A stretch of 64,000 bases of DNA from Terriglobia bacterium (lineage in GTDB: Bacteria; Acidobacteriota; Terriglobia; 2-12-FULL-54-10): positions 1,696,001 through 1,760,000 of the forward strand of contig CAXVYR010000004.1 of the NCBI GenBank assembly GCA_963666975.2. The letters are read 5' to 3'. The translations under genes and the position numbers were made by a program. The notes under the pieces are model-generated. The model made no database searches, was not told the origin of the DNA, and saw only the letters and a program-made list of their open reading frames with translations. Positions 1 to 9,992 of the stretch are shown piece by piece (within the stretch, counting starts at the first letter, position 1; every line of letters begins with the position of its first letter).

Positions 1-1818
1 GTCATTATCATCCTGGTCTTCTTGCCGCTATTTTTCCTCTCCGGAGTGGAGGGGCGGATGTTTGCCCCGCTGGGGGTGGCCTTCATCGTCTGTCTGCTGG
101 CCTCGCTGCTGGTGGCGCTGACGCTGACTCCCGTGTTGTGCTCCTATTTGCTGCCAAAGGCCCGTTTCATGGAGCGCGAAGAAGACGCCTTTTTGGTGCG
201 CTGGCTCAAAAAACAGCAGACGCGCTTGCTGCGCGTCACGCTGCCTCACGCCTGGGAAGTCCTGATTGCCGCTGTTTTCCTGGTCTTGCTCTCGATCGCT
301 TTTATCCCGCTCATGGGGCGCGAGTTTCTGCCGGACTTCAACGAAGGCACCCTGACGGTCAACGTCTTGTCGGAGCCGGGAATCAGCCTGGCGGAATCCG
401 ACGAAATGGGAAGACTGGCGGAGAGGCTGATGGGATCCGTGCCCGAGGTCATCTCCACCGGCCGCCGCACCGGGCGGGCCGAGCTCGACGAGCACGCCGA
501 GGGGGTGCACTCCACGGAAATCGAGGTGGACCTGCGCCGCTCGGGCCGCAGCAAGGAAGAGATCCTCGCCGATATTCGCAACCGGCTCTCGATTCTGCCG
601 GGAGCGGCCATCAACATTGGCCAGCCGATCTCCCACCGCCTGGACCACATGCAGAGCGGCGTGCGCGCCCAGATCGCCGTGAAAGTGTTCGGTCCCGACC
701 TGCCGCTGCTGCGGGAAAAAGCCGGCGAGATCGAATCCGTAATGAAGACGGTCCCGGGCATGGTGGACGTCTTGGTGGAAAAGCAATCCCTGGTCCCCGA
801 ATTGTTGCTGGAGGTGGACCGGCAGCGCGCCGCACAGTACGGCCTGCAAGTGGCCGAGGTCAACTCGGTGCTGGAGCTCGCCTTGCAAGGGCGCGTAGTC
901 TCACAGGTTCTCGAAGAGCAGAGGACCTTCGACGTGGTGGTGCGGCTCGATGAGCCCTACCGCAACGACATGCAATCCATTGGGAACATCCTGATCGATA
1001 CTCCCGTCGGCGGGAAGGTCCTGATTCGGGACGTCGCCGACATTTCCCTGAGCAGCGGCCCCAACCAAGTCTGGCGCGAGAATGCGCAGCGACGGATCGC
1101 CGTGCAGGCGAATCTGGCCGGACGCGATCTGCAAGGGGCGGTGACCGAATTGTCCGAGCGGGTGGAGCAGCAGGTGGAATTGCCTCCCGGCTTCTTTGTC
1201 GTCTACGGAGGACAGTTTGAGTTTCAACGCAACGCAACCCGGTTGATTTTGGTGTTATCCGTCTTTGCTGTCCTGGCCATTTTTGTGCTGCTTTATGGAC
1301 ACTTCCGGTTTGCGCGGGTGGCCTTGCTGGTCATGTCCAACCTGCCCCTTGCCCTGGTGGGAGGGGTGATCGTCATCTTCCTCACCGGAGGGGTGCTTTC
1401 GGTGGCTTCCATGATCGGCTTTATCACCGTGATGGGCATTGCCGCCCGCAACAGCATCATGATGATCTCCCATTACATCCACCTGGTCCGCTACGAGGGA
1501 GAGCAGTTTGATGAGAAGATGATCATCCGCGGCACGCTGGAACGGCTGCGCCCCGTTTTGATGACCGCGCTCACCTCCATCCTGGGGTTGCTGCCTCTGG
1601 TATTGGCGGCGGGAGAGGCTGGGAAGGAGCTTTTGCAACCGATCGCCATGGTTGTGACCGGCGGGTTGATTAGTTCCACTTTCCTCGACCGCGTGGTGAC
1701 TCCGGCCCTGTTTCACAAGTTTGGCCGGCCGGTCTGCGAGTACTATTTGAACTCCAAGGAACATGGCGGGGAGTTCCTGGCAGGACAATCCACTCCAACG
1801 CTGAGCCAAAGTTCTTAG
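1..1818 (+). CDS. CusA/CzcA family heavy-metal efflux RND permease (5' part outside window)
   Basis: RND motifs GREFLPDFNEG, SMIGFITVMGIAARNSIMMI and ERLRPVLMTA; reading frame open from the window start. Confidence 0.92.
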   Translation, partial: VIIILVFLPLFFLSGVEGRMFAPLGVAFIVCLLASLLVALTLTPVLCSYLLPKARFMEREEDAFLVRWLKKQQTRLLRVTLPHAWEVLIAAVFLVLLSIAFIPLMGREFLPDFNEGTLTVNVLSEPGISLAESDEMGRLAERLMGSVPEVISTGRRTGRAELDEHAEGVHSTEIEVDLRRSGRSKEEILADIRNRLSILPGAAINIGQPISHRLDHMQSGVRAQIAVKVFGPDLPLLREKAGEIESVMKTVPGMVDVLVEKQSLVPELLLEVDRQRAAQYGLQVAEVNSVLELALQGRVVSQVLEEQRTFDVVVRLDEPYRNDMQSIGNILIDTPVGGKVLIRDVADISLSSGPNQVWRENAQRRIAVQANLAGRDLQGAVTELSERVEQQVELPPGFFVVYGGQFEFQRNATRLILVLSVFAVLAIFVLLYGHFRFARVALLVMSNLPLALVGGVIVIFLTGGVLSVASMIGFITVMGIAARNSIMMISHYIHLVRYEGEQFDEKMIIRGTLERLRPVLMTALTSILGLLPLVLAAGEAGKELLQPIAMVVTGGLISSTFLDRVVTPALFHKFGRPVCEYYLNSKEHGGEFLAGQSTPTLSQSS

Positions 1819-2088
1819 AGCAAATTCATAGTTGCTGTATAGCTTCCCAGAACGCTCGTGAAGCCCCAGAGGGGCGCAAGAGTTTAGCCCACGGCGCCAG
1901 CCGTGGGTGGGAAAGGCCACGCCGGATCAGCCCCGGAAGCGGCGAAAGACGAGGGCCGGAACGTCTTTCGCCCCTCTGTGGCTTGAGGTAATATCAGTCC
2001 CCGTTGTCCCAGGGCTTACGCCCTGGGCTAGATTCTGCCGCCCTTGCAGGGCTGCGAAGCACTCTACACCAACTCTGAAATTGGTCTA
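1816..2088. mobile_element. MITE-like element with ~25-bp imperfect TIRs, TA ends and REP-type hairpin cargo
   Basis: Left TAGAGCAAATTCATAGTTGCTGTA versus reverse complement of right TAGACCAATTTCAGAGTTGGTGTA; internal palindromes cccacggcgccagccgtggg and cccagggcttacgccctggg. Confidence 0.7.
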
Positions 2089-2199
2089 GGCTCCAGAACG
2101 CCTTCTCTCCATTTCGGTTGCGCCTTCCGAGCGGAGGCACAGCTATCCCGCAATCAGAGGAAAGCAGCAGGGCAGGATTTCAGGGATTTCCCGGATGGA

Positions 2200-2475
2200 T
2201 CACTGCTTGGCGGCGGCGAGCGCGTTCATCCGCACCGTCAGGCGGGATTTCAGCCGCCCGGCAGTGTTTTTGTGGAGAATGCCCTTCTGGACGGCTTTGT
2301 CGATTCGGGAGAGGGTCTGGGGAATTTGTTGCTGGGCCTTCCCCGTGTCTTTTGCGGCCAGCGTCTGCCGGAGACCGCGCAGGCTGGAACGGAGAACTCC
2401 CTTACTCCGGCGGTTGACGGCGGTGCGCTTTTGGGTTTGGCTCACACGTTTGAGCGCTGAGTAATGATTTGCCAT
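2200..2475 (-). CDS. rpsT: 30S ribosomal protein S20
   Basis: MANHYSALKR...IDKAVQKGILHKNTAGRLKSRL signature. Confidence 0.97.
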   Translation of the reverse strand: MANHYSALKRVSQTQKRTAVNRRSKGVLRSSLRGLRQTLAAKDTGKAQQQIPQTLSRIDKAVQKGILHKNTAGRLKSRLTVRMNALAAAKQ

Positions 2476-2598
2476 GTTTCTTTCGCCTTTGGATGGTATC
2501 GACTGGAACCTATATTGTAAAGGACCCGCCCCGTCCGGTCAACTCTGGAGGTTCTAGGAGCCGTGTCCTAGTTGTGTGTTGCTCTGCTGGTGGGAGTT

Positions 2599-2991
2599 CT
2601 ACTGGATGCTCAGCGGTATTACGATAGTGCTGATTCTCGGAAGTAAAACCCTCACTTCAGTGAGTTGTTCACCTTTTTGCGGAAGACCAAAAACATAAGA
2701 ATGGGCCCTGTTTGTCGGTTCCGGCGTGTGTTCAACTCTTAAATCGTCGATCTTCCGAATCTCAACAACAGGCATGCTTATGACCGCATTATGATCCGGG
2801 TTTTTTCTAGCCTGTTGTTTGGTCTCTTCTGCGGAGGCATACCTGTCCCAGTTGACCGACATCCCCTTACCATGGGGCTTAAATACTCCAGGCTGGAGTT
2901 CTCCGTCCCGAAAATAATCCTGATGTGCACGCATGAAGACCGAATCAGCATCGGGTATTTCCTCGATCGGCCACCCTAGTTCATCAGCCAC
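2599..2991 (-). CDS. hypothetical protein, possible ADP-ribosyltransferase-like fold (R-S-H pattern)
   Basis: VFMRAH / GMSVNW / NRAHSYV spacing resembles ART-fold toxins; overlaps the upstream gene by 16 nt. Confidence 0.6.
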   Translation of the reverse strand: MADELGWPIEEIPDADSVFMRAHQDYFRDGELQPGVFKPHGKGMSVNWDRYASAEETKQQARKNPDHNAVISMPVVEIRKIDDLRVEHTPEPTNRAHSYVFGLPQKGEQLTEVRVLLPRISTIVIPLSIQ

Positions 2992-3494
2992 GTTGCGATT
3001 CCCAAATTGAAGTTTTTTGGGTCCAGGCTACCCCTAAACTTTTGGGCCGCGTAATTATCTCCGTAGAACGTCGCCATTTCATTGGCATCTGCCGGTATAT
3101 TCACCAGCAACTCCCAAGACGGCTGTTTCCAGTGAAGGTCAATGCTTCCGTCAGGTCCAGGGCCAATCCTTGGGATAGGCAAAGGAATACTGTATGTATC
3201 CCAAAGCCGCTCTACATGTGTGGTCAGGAACGTGATAGCACGGTTAAACGTGTCCTCTGAATAGCCCAAGCTACCCTCGCCGTCCCAATCATCTTCTAAT
3301 TCAAGAATCCGCTTTGCCTGCTCAATTTCCGCTTTCAACCCTTTATAGATATCTAATCCTCCAACAATGCGGAAATTGCTGGGACCTTCGGTGCGATGCT
3401 CTCTCCAACTGGCAGGTCGGTTTTTCGTCTCAGGCCATGCTTTTAATTCGACAGGCTCTATTTCCCATTTGTGAGCCGTCTGTGCTGGTGGCAT
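2976..3494 (-). CDS. conserved hypothetical protein (WDGEG...PxIGPGPDGSIDLHW type)
   Basis: 172-aa ORF in the middle of a tightly packed three-gene operon. Confidence 0.65.
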   Translation of the reverse strand: MPPAQTAHKWEIEPVELKAWPETKNRPASWREHRTEGPSNFRIVGGLDIYKGLKAEIEQAKRILELEDDWDGEGSLGYSEDTFNRAITFLTTHVERLWDTYSIPLPIPRIGPGPDGSIDLHWKQPSWELLVNIPADANEMATFYGDNYAAQKFRGSLDPKNFNLGIATWLMN

Positions 3495-3508
3495 AATTCT
3501 CTTTGCTC

Positions 3509-4216
3509 CTAAAAGATTTCCCTGGGAGGCAAGACGCTAACGCCGGGAGGCAAGACGGTAACGCCTGAATCCTTCATGAGGCCCTTCAACGTCTCTTCTT
3601 TCTTCAATGCGCGATCAACGAGTGCCTTCATGGACCTAATATCATTGCTATCGAGCGCAAAATATTGATCTGCTTGATTCCCGAAGTGGTCGCGCTGAGT
3701 TATTCGCAACATATGAATAATCACTGCTGAATCGGGTTTCTCGGAAACATTCAGATGAAAAATCGGACGAACATCAGTCAAGATTCGTGCGCCGACAAAA
3801 ACTCGCTCATGCTGCGTCATAACGTAGCCAGCCTTAGCAGCCGTCCCGACTGTACTCTCAAGCGACAAAGCAGCTATGAGGAACTTCCGGAGTTTTGCCC
3901 ATTGAGCATCGCCTTCCTTTTCCGAAAAGGCCTCCGCTTTTTTCAGCGCGACAGAGACTTCCTGGTCCACGAATTTTTCTATCGGAGTGCTTTGCGCGTC
4001 CCTTGTGAGATAAAGACTGGCCAATACCAGAACGATCCCCTCAGTTAGATCATTTGGTAGTCCCAGGCGATCTGATACTTCTTCAGAAAGGTCAAAGAAG
4101 TTGAACTGCGGCCCAGCTTTCGCAAGGGCGTCAAGGAATCCGTCAATCTTATCCTCTGGCAGTTCCAGGAACTTCTTGATGTGGTCAATCTGCTTCTCTG
4201 GAACTCTGAGGGCCAT
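3509..4216 (-). CDS. hypothetical protein, helical N-terminus plus COMM-domain-like C-terminus
   Basis: 235 aa; ARILTDVRPIF-x-AVIIHMLRIT-x-QYFALDSNDIRSMKALVDRALKK is a beta-beta-beta-helix pattern like COMM domains (inference). Confidence 0.6.
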   Translation of the reverse strand: MALRVPEKQIDHIKKFLELPEDKIDGFLDALAKAGPQFNFFDLSEEVSDRLGLPNDLTEGIVLVLASLYLTRDAQSTPIEKFVDQEVSVALKKAEAFSEKEGDAQWAKLRKFLIAALSLESTVGTAAKAGYVMTQHERVFVGARILTDVRPIFHLNVSEKPDSAVIIHMLRITQRDHFGNQADQYFALDSNDIRSMKALVDRALKKEETLKGLMKDSGVTVLPPGVSVLPPREIF

Positions 4217-4254
4217 TACAAGACAATCCTAGCGGCTAGGCGGACATTGCGAAA

Positions 4255-5073
4255 TTAACGAGCCGTTTCCGGTTCAATTCTGAGAGTGGACAGTTTGTCC
4301 TCTGCCAGGCGGGCTTCGGGAGTATTGGGAAACCGCTGGAGCAGGCTGCTCAATTCCCGTGCGCCCTGCGTGCGGAGATTCAGGTTAATCAGCGCGTACC
4401 CTTTTTTGAGTTGAGCGGCAGCCGATTTGTTGCCGTTGGGATACTGCTCAATGGCTTTGTCGTATTCCTGAATGGCTTTCTCGAATTGCCCCTGTTGATA
4501 GTAAATGTCCCCAGCGTAGAACTGGGAGTTCGAGGCCAGAGGCGTGTCGGCATAGTAGCGCAGGTAGTCGGTGAACTCCTGCAGGGCCAGGGGATAATTT
4601 CCGCTGGTGTAGTCGCGCAGCGCGGTGTTGTAGAGCACGTCGGGCGGCGGGGGAGCCGCCTCTCCGGAGCCGAAAAAGATCGTTTGAGACGCTGACTCCA
4701 TCTTGGTGATTTGCTGCGAGACCCGGTCCAGCCGGGCGCGCAGTTCGTCGAGCGAGACCTGGAGTCCCTGCATCTGTCCGGTCAAGTTATCCACCTTCTG
4801 GCCGGTGTTTCCCACCGAGTCCCGCAGGGAGTTCTGCAATTCGTTCAGGCTCGAATCCAACTGGCCCATTTGATCCGACGACTGTTCCACCAGCGTGCGT
4901 ATCACCGCCATTTTTTCATCGAGGTTGCGCTGCATCTCCCGTACCATTCCTTGCAGGAGCGCGACGCTCTGTTGCAGTTGGATCACTTCCTTGTCCACCG
5001 CGAAACCAGGCAGAGCAAATCCGGCTATCCAGAAGGCCAGCAATAAAACACTTCGTTTCATAAAACTTCCCAT
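4255..5073 (-). CDS. cpoB: Tol-Pal system coordinator CpoB/YbgF (coiled coil plus TPR)
   Basis: Signal peptide, coiled coil, TPR repeats (YPNGNKSAAAQLKKG); downstream of pal. Confidence 0.88.
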   Translation of the reverse strand: MGSFMKRSVLLLAFWIAGFALPGFAVDKEVIQLQQSVALLQGMVREMQRNLDEKMAVIRTLVEQSSDQMGQLDSSLNELQNSLRDSVGNTGQKVDNLTGQMQGLQVSLDELRARLDRVSQQITKMESASQTIFFGSGEAAPPPPDVLYNTALRDYTSGNYPLALQEFTDYLRYYADTPLASNSQFYAGDIYYQQGQFEKAIQEYDKAIEQYPNGNKSAAAQLKKGYALINLNLRTQGARELSSLLQRFPNTPEARLAEDKLSTLRIEPETAR

Positions 5074-5082
5074 TTGGAACGG

Positions 5083-5143
5083 ACTATAACCGCTGCCGCG
5101 GAGGGGGCGGTTCGAACCGCCCCTCCGAAACAGCGGTTGCAGT
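5083..5143. repeat. REP-like palindrome
   Basis: cggagggggcggttcgaaccgcccctccg flanked by a further stem aaccgctg/cagcggtt. Confidence 0.55.
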
Positions 5144-5246
5144 TCCCGCTTGCGATCCCTGCCGGTTCGGAGGACATCGAGACTTTCAGGACCTCAGTTC
5201 CGGCAGGGCCGTGGTTAGTGGCCGGTCAGGCATAGCTGCGGCGCTT

Positions 5247-6008
5247 CTAGCGGTCGCAGTTGGTGCACACCAGATGGGCCCGGCGGTTCTGCTGCCAGCA
5301 AGTTTCGTTATGCTCGCTGCAGAAAGGCCGTTCCTTGCCGTAACTGATGCTCGTGATACGGCCTGCTGACACACCCAGTTGCACCAGGAAGTCCCGGGCC
5401 GAATTCGCCCGGCGGTCTCCCAAGCCCAGGTTGTAGGCGACGCTGCCGCGCTCGTCGCAGTGCCCCTCGATACTGAAGGTGACACTGGGGTTGTCGCGGA
5501 AGAAGCGCGCACCCCGGGTGAGAGCCTCCCTGGAGTCGGAACGGATATCCGAATTGTCATAATCGAAATACGCGTCCTGGACCGCCTGGTCGAACTTCTG
5601 CCGCATGCTGATCTCCGGAGGAGGAGGAGGAGGCGGCGGCGGCGGCGGCGGCGGCGCGGTCACCGTGATTCGTGCCGTGCTGCTCGTGCTTCCCCCCGGC
5701 CCTCTGGCCGTAATGGTATAGGTTGTAGAACTGGTTGGCGAAACCGAACGCGAACCGTCCGCTTGCACTTCGCCGATACCAGGCTGCAGGTTGAGTTCCG
5801 TCGTATTTTGGGAACTCCACCGCAAGGTCGCGCTCTCTCCTCGCTCAATACTGCTCGGCTGGACCGTCAAGCTTACCGACGGAGCCGGCGGCGGCGGCGG
5901 CGGGGGCGGCGGTGGGGGTGGTGGCACTTGCCTTCTGCAGGCGCTTGCAAAAATCAGCAGTAGGATTACAAGTCCCAGCCCGAATTTCCGGAATTCCTGC
6001 TTCTTCAT
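5247..6008 (-). CDS. pal: peptidoglycan-associated lipoprotein Pal with polyproline-flanked Ig-like insert
   Basis: Lipobox FASAC; OmpA_C motifs YFDYD, IEGHCDERGS, YNLGLGDRRA, SYGKERP, NRRAH. Confidence 0.92.
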   Translation of the reverse strand: MKKQEFRKFGLGLVILLLIFASACRRQVPPPPPPPPPPPPPAPSVSLTVQPSSIERGESATLRWSSQNTTELNLQPGIGEVQADGSRSVSPTSSTTYTITARGPGGSTSSTARITVTAPPPPPPPPPPPPPEISMRQKFDQAVQDAYFDYDNSDIRSDSREALTRGARFFRDNPSVTFSIEGHCDERGSVAYNLGLGDRRANSARDFLVQLGVSAGRITSISYGKERPFCSEHNETCWQQNRRAHLVCTNCDR

Positions 6009-6054
6009 CTTACCCTCCTTTGTCTCGTGAACTGTCCCGAATCGAGTTGGAAAA

Positions 6055-7392
6055 TTACTTGCTTGACCATACAGGTTCTGTACTCTCACCTTGAAATGTC
6101 AGTTGGCGGTGTTTCGTGCCATCTGCCAGCATGGACCATACCTGTGTGACCCCAGCCCTGTTGGACTGAAAAACAATGTGTCTGTTATCGGGCGACCAAG
6201 TGGGGTGCTCGTTGCGCCGGCTGTTGTGGGTCAGCTGCACCACCTGCCTTGTCGCCACATCCATGAGGTGGATATCGTACTCTCCCCCCCGGTCCCAGGT
6301 AAAGGCCAACAGCCTGCCATTCGGCGACCATGCGGGGTCCAGGGCCTGACTGCCCCCGCTGACAACCTGGGTTACGTTCGCCCCCTCGGAGTCCATTATG
6401 TAGATCTGCGGCTTGCCGCTGCGGTCGGAGACAAACGCAATCTGTGCTGACGTTCTCGGGTTCCAGGCGGGCGAGATATCCACTCCGCGCGCAACCGTCA
6501 GCCTTTTTAATCCCCCTCCCCGGACATCTCCCACGTAAATTTCCGGGTCGCCCGTGAAGGAGGAGGTAAAGGCGAGCTTTGTTCCGTCTGGAGACCAAGT
6601 CGGTGTTGTATTCAAGCCCTGCCGATTAAAGAACGACAGGGGGGCCTTGGTCAACAGGGAGAAAATCATGATATCAGGATTGTTCTTCCCATAGGTCGTA
6701 AAAGCGATCTGATCGCCGTCCAGGGAGATTGCCGGTGTCAGAGACAGCGTGTTCAGATGCGTGACCTGCTTCTGGTTTTTCCCGTCATAGTCCATCATCC
6801 AAATTTCTTTTACGTCGGCGCTGATCCGCCGGACGAAGGCGATCTTGGTTTCGGCGATGCCGGGAATGCCCCCGCCCAGGCGGTAGATGATTTCATTGGC
6901 AAATTTATGCGCCGTTCTCCGGACCGCTTCCCGGGTGGGTTCCTCCGCATACCGTTTTCCCAGCACGACTGGCTGCGCGCCTTCATTCTGGGGGTCCACC
7001 CGCGGGTCCACCAGCCAGCCTTCTATCATCAATCGCTCGCCCAGCCGGTAGGCGTTGCCGAGCACCAGCATGTGGGCGCTTACGGGAGGCCCGCTCCACT
7101 CCTCCAGCTTCACATCTCCCGGACGGGCAGGGACCGAGAGGGGAAAAAAGCTCCGACTAACGAGGTCTAAGATACCTGAATATTCCAGGTCATTCCAGAG
7201 GGTTTCGTCAAAAGTTCGCAGCAGGGCCGCGCTGTCGGCGGCTGCCCGGAAATTGGAGACTGCCAGCCGCGTTCGTTCCACTCCAATTCCGGTTCCGCTC
7301 CGGATGAAGTCTTCCTGAGCGCGCGCCGCGCAGGCTGCCCAAAGGATCAGGGCCGGCAGAAGAACCCGCCAATGGATTTTTCCGGTGGGCAA
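6055..7392 (-). CDS. tolB: Tol-Pal beta-propeller protein TolB
   Basis: TolB_N domain plus PD40 repeats (PTWSPDG, PAWSPNG); operon position. Confidence 0.93.
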   Translation of the reverse strand: MPTGKIHWRVLLPALILWAACAARAQEDFIRSGTGIGVERTRLAVSNFRAAADSAALLRTFDETLWNDLEYSGILDLVSRSFFPLSVPARPGDVKLEEWSGPPVSAHMLVLGNAYRLGERLMIEGWLVDPRVDPQNEGAQPVVLGKRYAEEPTREAVRRTAHKFANEIIYRLGGGIPGIAETKIAFVRRISADVKEIWMMDYDGKNQKQVTHLNTLSLTPAISLDGDQIAFTTYGKNNPDIMIFSLLTKAPLSFFNRQGLNTTPTWSPDGTKLAFTSSFTGDPEIYVGDVRGGGLKRLTVARGVDISPAWNPRTSAQIAFVSDRSGKPQIYIMDSEGANVTQVVSGGSQALDPAWSPNGRLLAFTWDRGGEYDIHLMDVATRQVVQLTHNSRRNEHPTWSPDNRHIVFQSNRAGVTQVWSMLADGTKHRQLTFQGESTEPVWSSK

Positions 7393-7441
7393 GCTTTTCC
7401 TTTCTCCTCAAAACGGCGACGGTCCGGGATGGATCTCAGAC

Positions 7442-8356
7442 TTACCGCCGAAAATCAAACCAAAAGTCTACCGCGACACTCGGGGCGAGATAGTCGTCGG
7501 GCAGCGGCGGCATGGGACTGGAATCGTAAATGGCGCGCAGCGCCGACCGGTCCAGCGAGGCCAGCCCGCTGGAGGCGGTCAGTTGCGTGTTTACGATCCG
7601 GCCATCCCGCAATATCTGGAACGTGACATAGACGCGAGGGGCTACCCGGATGTTGGGGTTCACGGTTCCCTTCAACCAGTTGCTGCTGATCCGGTTGCGA
7701 ATTGCCGTGACGTACCATCCGTAGCGTTCGGCGAAATTCCCGGCGCTTTCGGTGAAACCGAAGCCGCCGGAGCCCGCGTCGGTTTGAAAGATGCCGTAGG
7801 GTCCCTGAGCAGGCCCGCTCTCTCCCAAGGGAATCTCATTGCCAGGCGGAGTTTCCGGCGGCGGTTTGCGCAGCCGGGCTACCTGGCGCCGGCGCGGCGG
7901 CTGACGCTCCGGCTCCTTCTGGGCCGCTGCTTGTTCGGAAGCCTCCGGCTTTGCAATTTTCGGCTCTGCTTTTTTAGGAACCACCTTGGCGTTGCGAGCC
8001 GGCAGATCAACGGCTTCTTCGGCTTTTTCCGGCGTGTCAGGCTTTTTAGTTGCCGCCGGCTGGGGGGGTTCCGGGGAGTGCAAGGCCGGGTCTTCGGTTG
8101 CGACATTGTTTTTGGTCGCAATCCGGGGCGCGGGCAAAGGAACGCTGGCGGCGCTGACCAGTTGCACCGTGGCTGCCCCTCCGGTAGAACTCACCCCCCA
8201 CACCAACCCATTATGTGCAGTGAGGACTCCGATTAAGCTGGCAGCCACCAGGAAGACATGACCCGCTACCGAGATCAACAGCGGCCTGCGCAGCAGCCCT
8301 CTGCCGCTAGCCGTTTCCCGCCGTTCCGCTGGATTGCTTCCCCGCACTTTCGACAC
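7442..8356 (-). CDS. TolA/TonB family energy transducer
   Basis: Single TM helix, Pro/Lys/Glu-rich linker, TonB_C-like domain (SSGLASLDRSALRAI). Confidence 0.85.
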   Translation of the reverse strand: MSKVRGSNPAERRETASGRGLLRRPLLISVAGHVFLVAASLIGVLTAHNGLVWGVSSTGGAATVQLVSAASVPLPAPRIATKNNVATEDPALHSPEPPQPAATKKPDTPEKAEEAVDLPARNAKVVPKKAEPKIAKPEASEQAAAQKEPERQPPRRRQVARLRKPPPETPPGNEIPLGESGPAQGPYGIFQTDAGSGGFGFTESAGNFAERYGWYVTAIRNRISSNWLKGTVNPNIRVAPRVYVTFQILRDGRIVNTQLTASSGLASLDRSALRAIYDSSPMPPLPDDYLAPSVAVDFWFDFRR

Positions 8357-8407
8357 TCGATAGCCCCTTTGCTCTTGCCGCTTTCTTCAACCGTTATCCG
8401 CAATACA

Positions 8408-8827
8408 CTATCTGCGCCGCCCCTGCGGTTCTGTCACCATGCTGATTTGCTCGATCCCGGCCAGACGCAGCTCGTCCACCACCATGGCGACCGTGCCGAA
8501 GGGCACGTCCTTGTCGGCCCGCAGAAACACCGACTGCCGTTTGTCCGAGCCCGCTTTTTCGCGCAGCAGGGGACCCAGCCGGTTAATGTTTACCGGGTCG
8601 CTGCCCAAGAACAACCGCTGCCCCCGGTCGATGCTGACCACCAATCTCTCTTGGGAAATTTCCCGGACGGTTCGCGTCTGCGGCACATCCAGTTCAATGC
8701 CGGATTGCAGGATGGGCGCCGTCAGCATGAAGATCACCAGCAGCACCAGCAGCACGTCCACGAAGGGCGTCACGTTGATGTCGGAAAGCGATGTTTGCGT
8801 TCTTCCTTGAGGGTTGGTAAATGCCAT
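8408..8827 (-). CDS. tolR: TolR/ExbD
   Basis: INVTPFVDVLLVLLVIFMLTAP motif. Confidence 0.9.
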   Translation of the reverse strand: MAFTNPQGRTQTSLSDINVTPFVDVLLVLLVIFMLTAPILQSGIELDVPQTRTVREISQERLVVSIDRGQRLFLGSDPVNINRLGPLLREKAGSDKRQSVFLRADKDVPFGTVAMVVDELRLAGIEQISMVTEPQGRRR

Positions 8828-9023
8828 GATAAACGCCTCGTCCTAATATGGTTCCGATGCCAAGGCCAACCGCAGGGTTGCCGGAAGTTGTTCCCTATGT
8901 CAAACTTGGTTCAACCCGGATTCAATCTTGGTTCACCTTGTCATTATCTTGCAGCGGGTCTTGCATCCGTCTTGCCGTGAGCCTGGCATTTTGCCTGGCT
9001 TTGAGTTCCAGTTCTTGGTTGCT

Positions 9024-9713
9024 TCAGGTTTGGTTTCGTTCAGCCGCGTTCTGAAATTCCAGGGAAAAATTATCCATCCGTGTTCCCGCTTCCTTGATCT
9101 GGCTCAGGAAGTGGTTATAGCCGATCACGGCCGGGACCGCCACGAATAGCCCCGCCGCAGTAGCCACCAGCGCCTCCGCAATCCCCGGCCCGACGGCGCG
9201 CAGGCTGGCTGCTCCGGCGGCTCCCAGGCCGAGAAAAGCGTCCATAATGCCCCAAACAGTTCCGAATAATCCAATGAACGGCGTCACGGCGCCGGCCGTG
9301 GCCAGCCAGTTCAGGTTTTCTTCCAGTTCGCTCAGTTGCTGGCTGGAGGCGATTTGCAGGGTCCGCCCCAGGGCGGCCGGGTTCGTGACGGGCCCGCCGG
9401 GATTGCCCACCTGATGGACTACCTCCTTGTATCCTGCCTCAAAAATGACTTTCAGCGGCTGGGAAGGAAAGTTGTCCGCGAGCACATGCATGTCGGAAAG
9501 TTTGAGGGTCCGGCGAAAGGCTTTCGCAAACTGGTCGCTTTGCACCTGCAAAATCTTAAATTGCTTCCATTTGGAATAGATGATCGCCCAGGAAAAGATG
9601 GAAAAACAAAGCAATACCACCAGGACAATTCTCGCGACAACGCCCGTCTGAGCAATCAGGCTGGGAATGTCGGTCTGTATTAAAGAAAGGAGTAAAACGG
9701 CAAATACGTTCAA
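9024..9713 (-). CDS. tolQ: TolQ/ExbB proton channel
   Basis: TPFIGLFGTVWGIM and GIAEALVATAAGLFVAVPA motifs. Confidence 0.92.
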   Translation of the reverse strand: MNVFAVLLLSLIQTDIPSLIAQTGVVARIVLVVLLCFSIFSWAIIYSKWKQFKILQVQSDQFAKAFRRTLKLSDMHVLADNFPSQPLKVIFEAGYKEVVHQVGNPGGPVTNPAALGRTLQIASSQQLSELEENLNWLATAGAVTPFIGLFGTVWGIMDAFLGLGAAGAASLRAVGPGIAEALVATAAGLFVAVPAVIGYNHFLSQIKEAGTRMDNFSLEFQNAAERNQT

Positions 9714-9992
9714 TCGACAGCGCCTCGGCTTACATTCCTTAGTGGTCGCACCAATACGGGTCCAATCACGGTTCCAGCAATGGTTTCCTGAGTCTCAAAT
9801 TATCACAGGGCCAGGCAGCCGTCAATTTGTATCGTGTTGCGGCGCTGTAGGTTGCGTGCCGAAAGAGGCAATGGGGAAGGAAGGGGCCGACGCCATTATT
9901 CCATCACGCCCAATTGGATATTCCAATTTGCCGTGGGTTTGTCAATTTAAAAAAAAGCCCCCTCTGGCAGGAGTTCCGAACGAAAAAATGTT

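Noticed and set aside
5617-5925. GGC/GGA trinucleotide runs as phase-variable repeats
   Set aside because: They encode in-frame polyproline linkers of Pal with mixed codons
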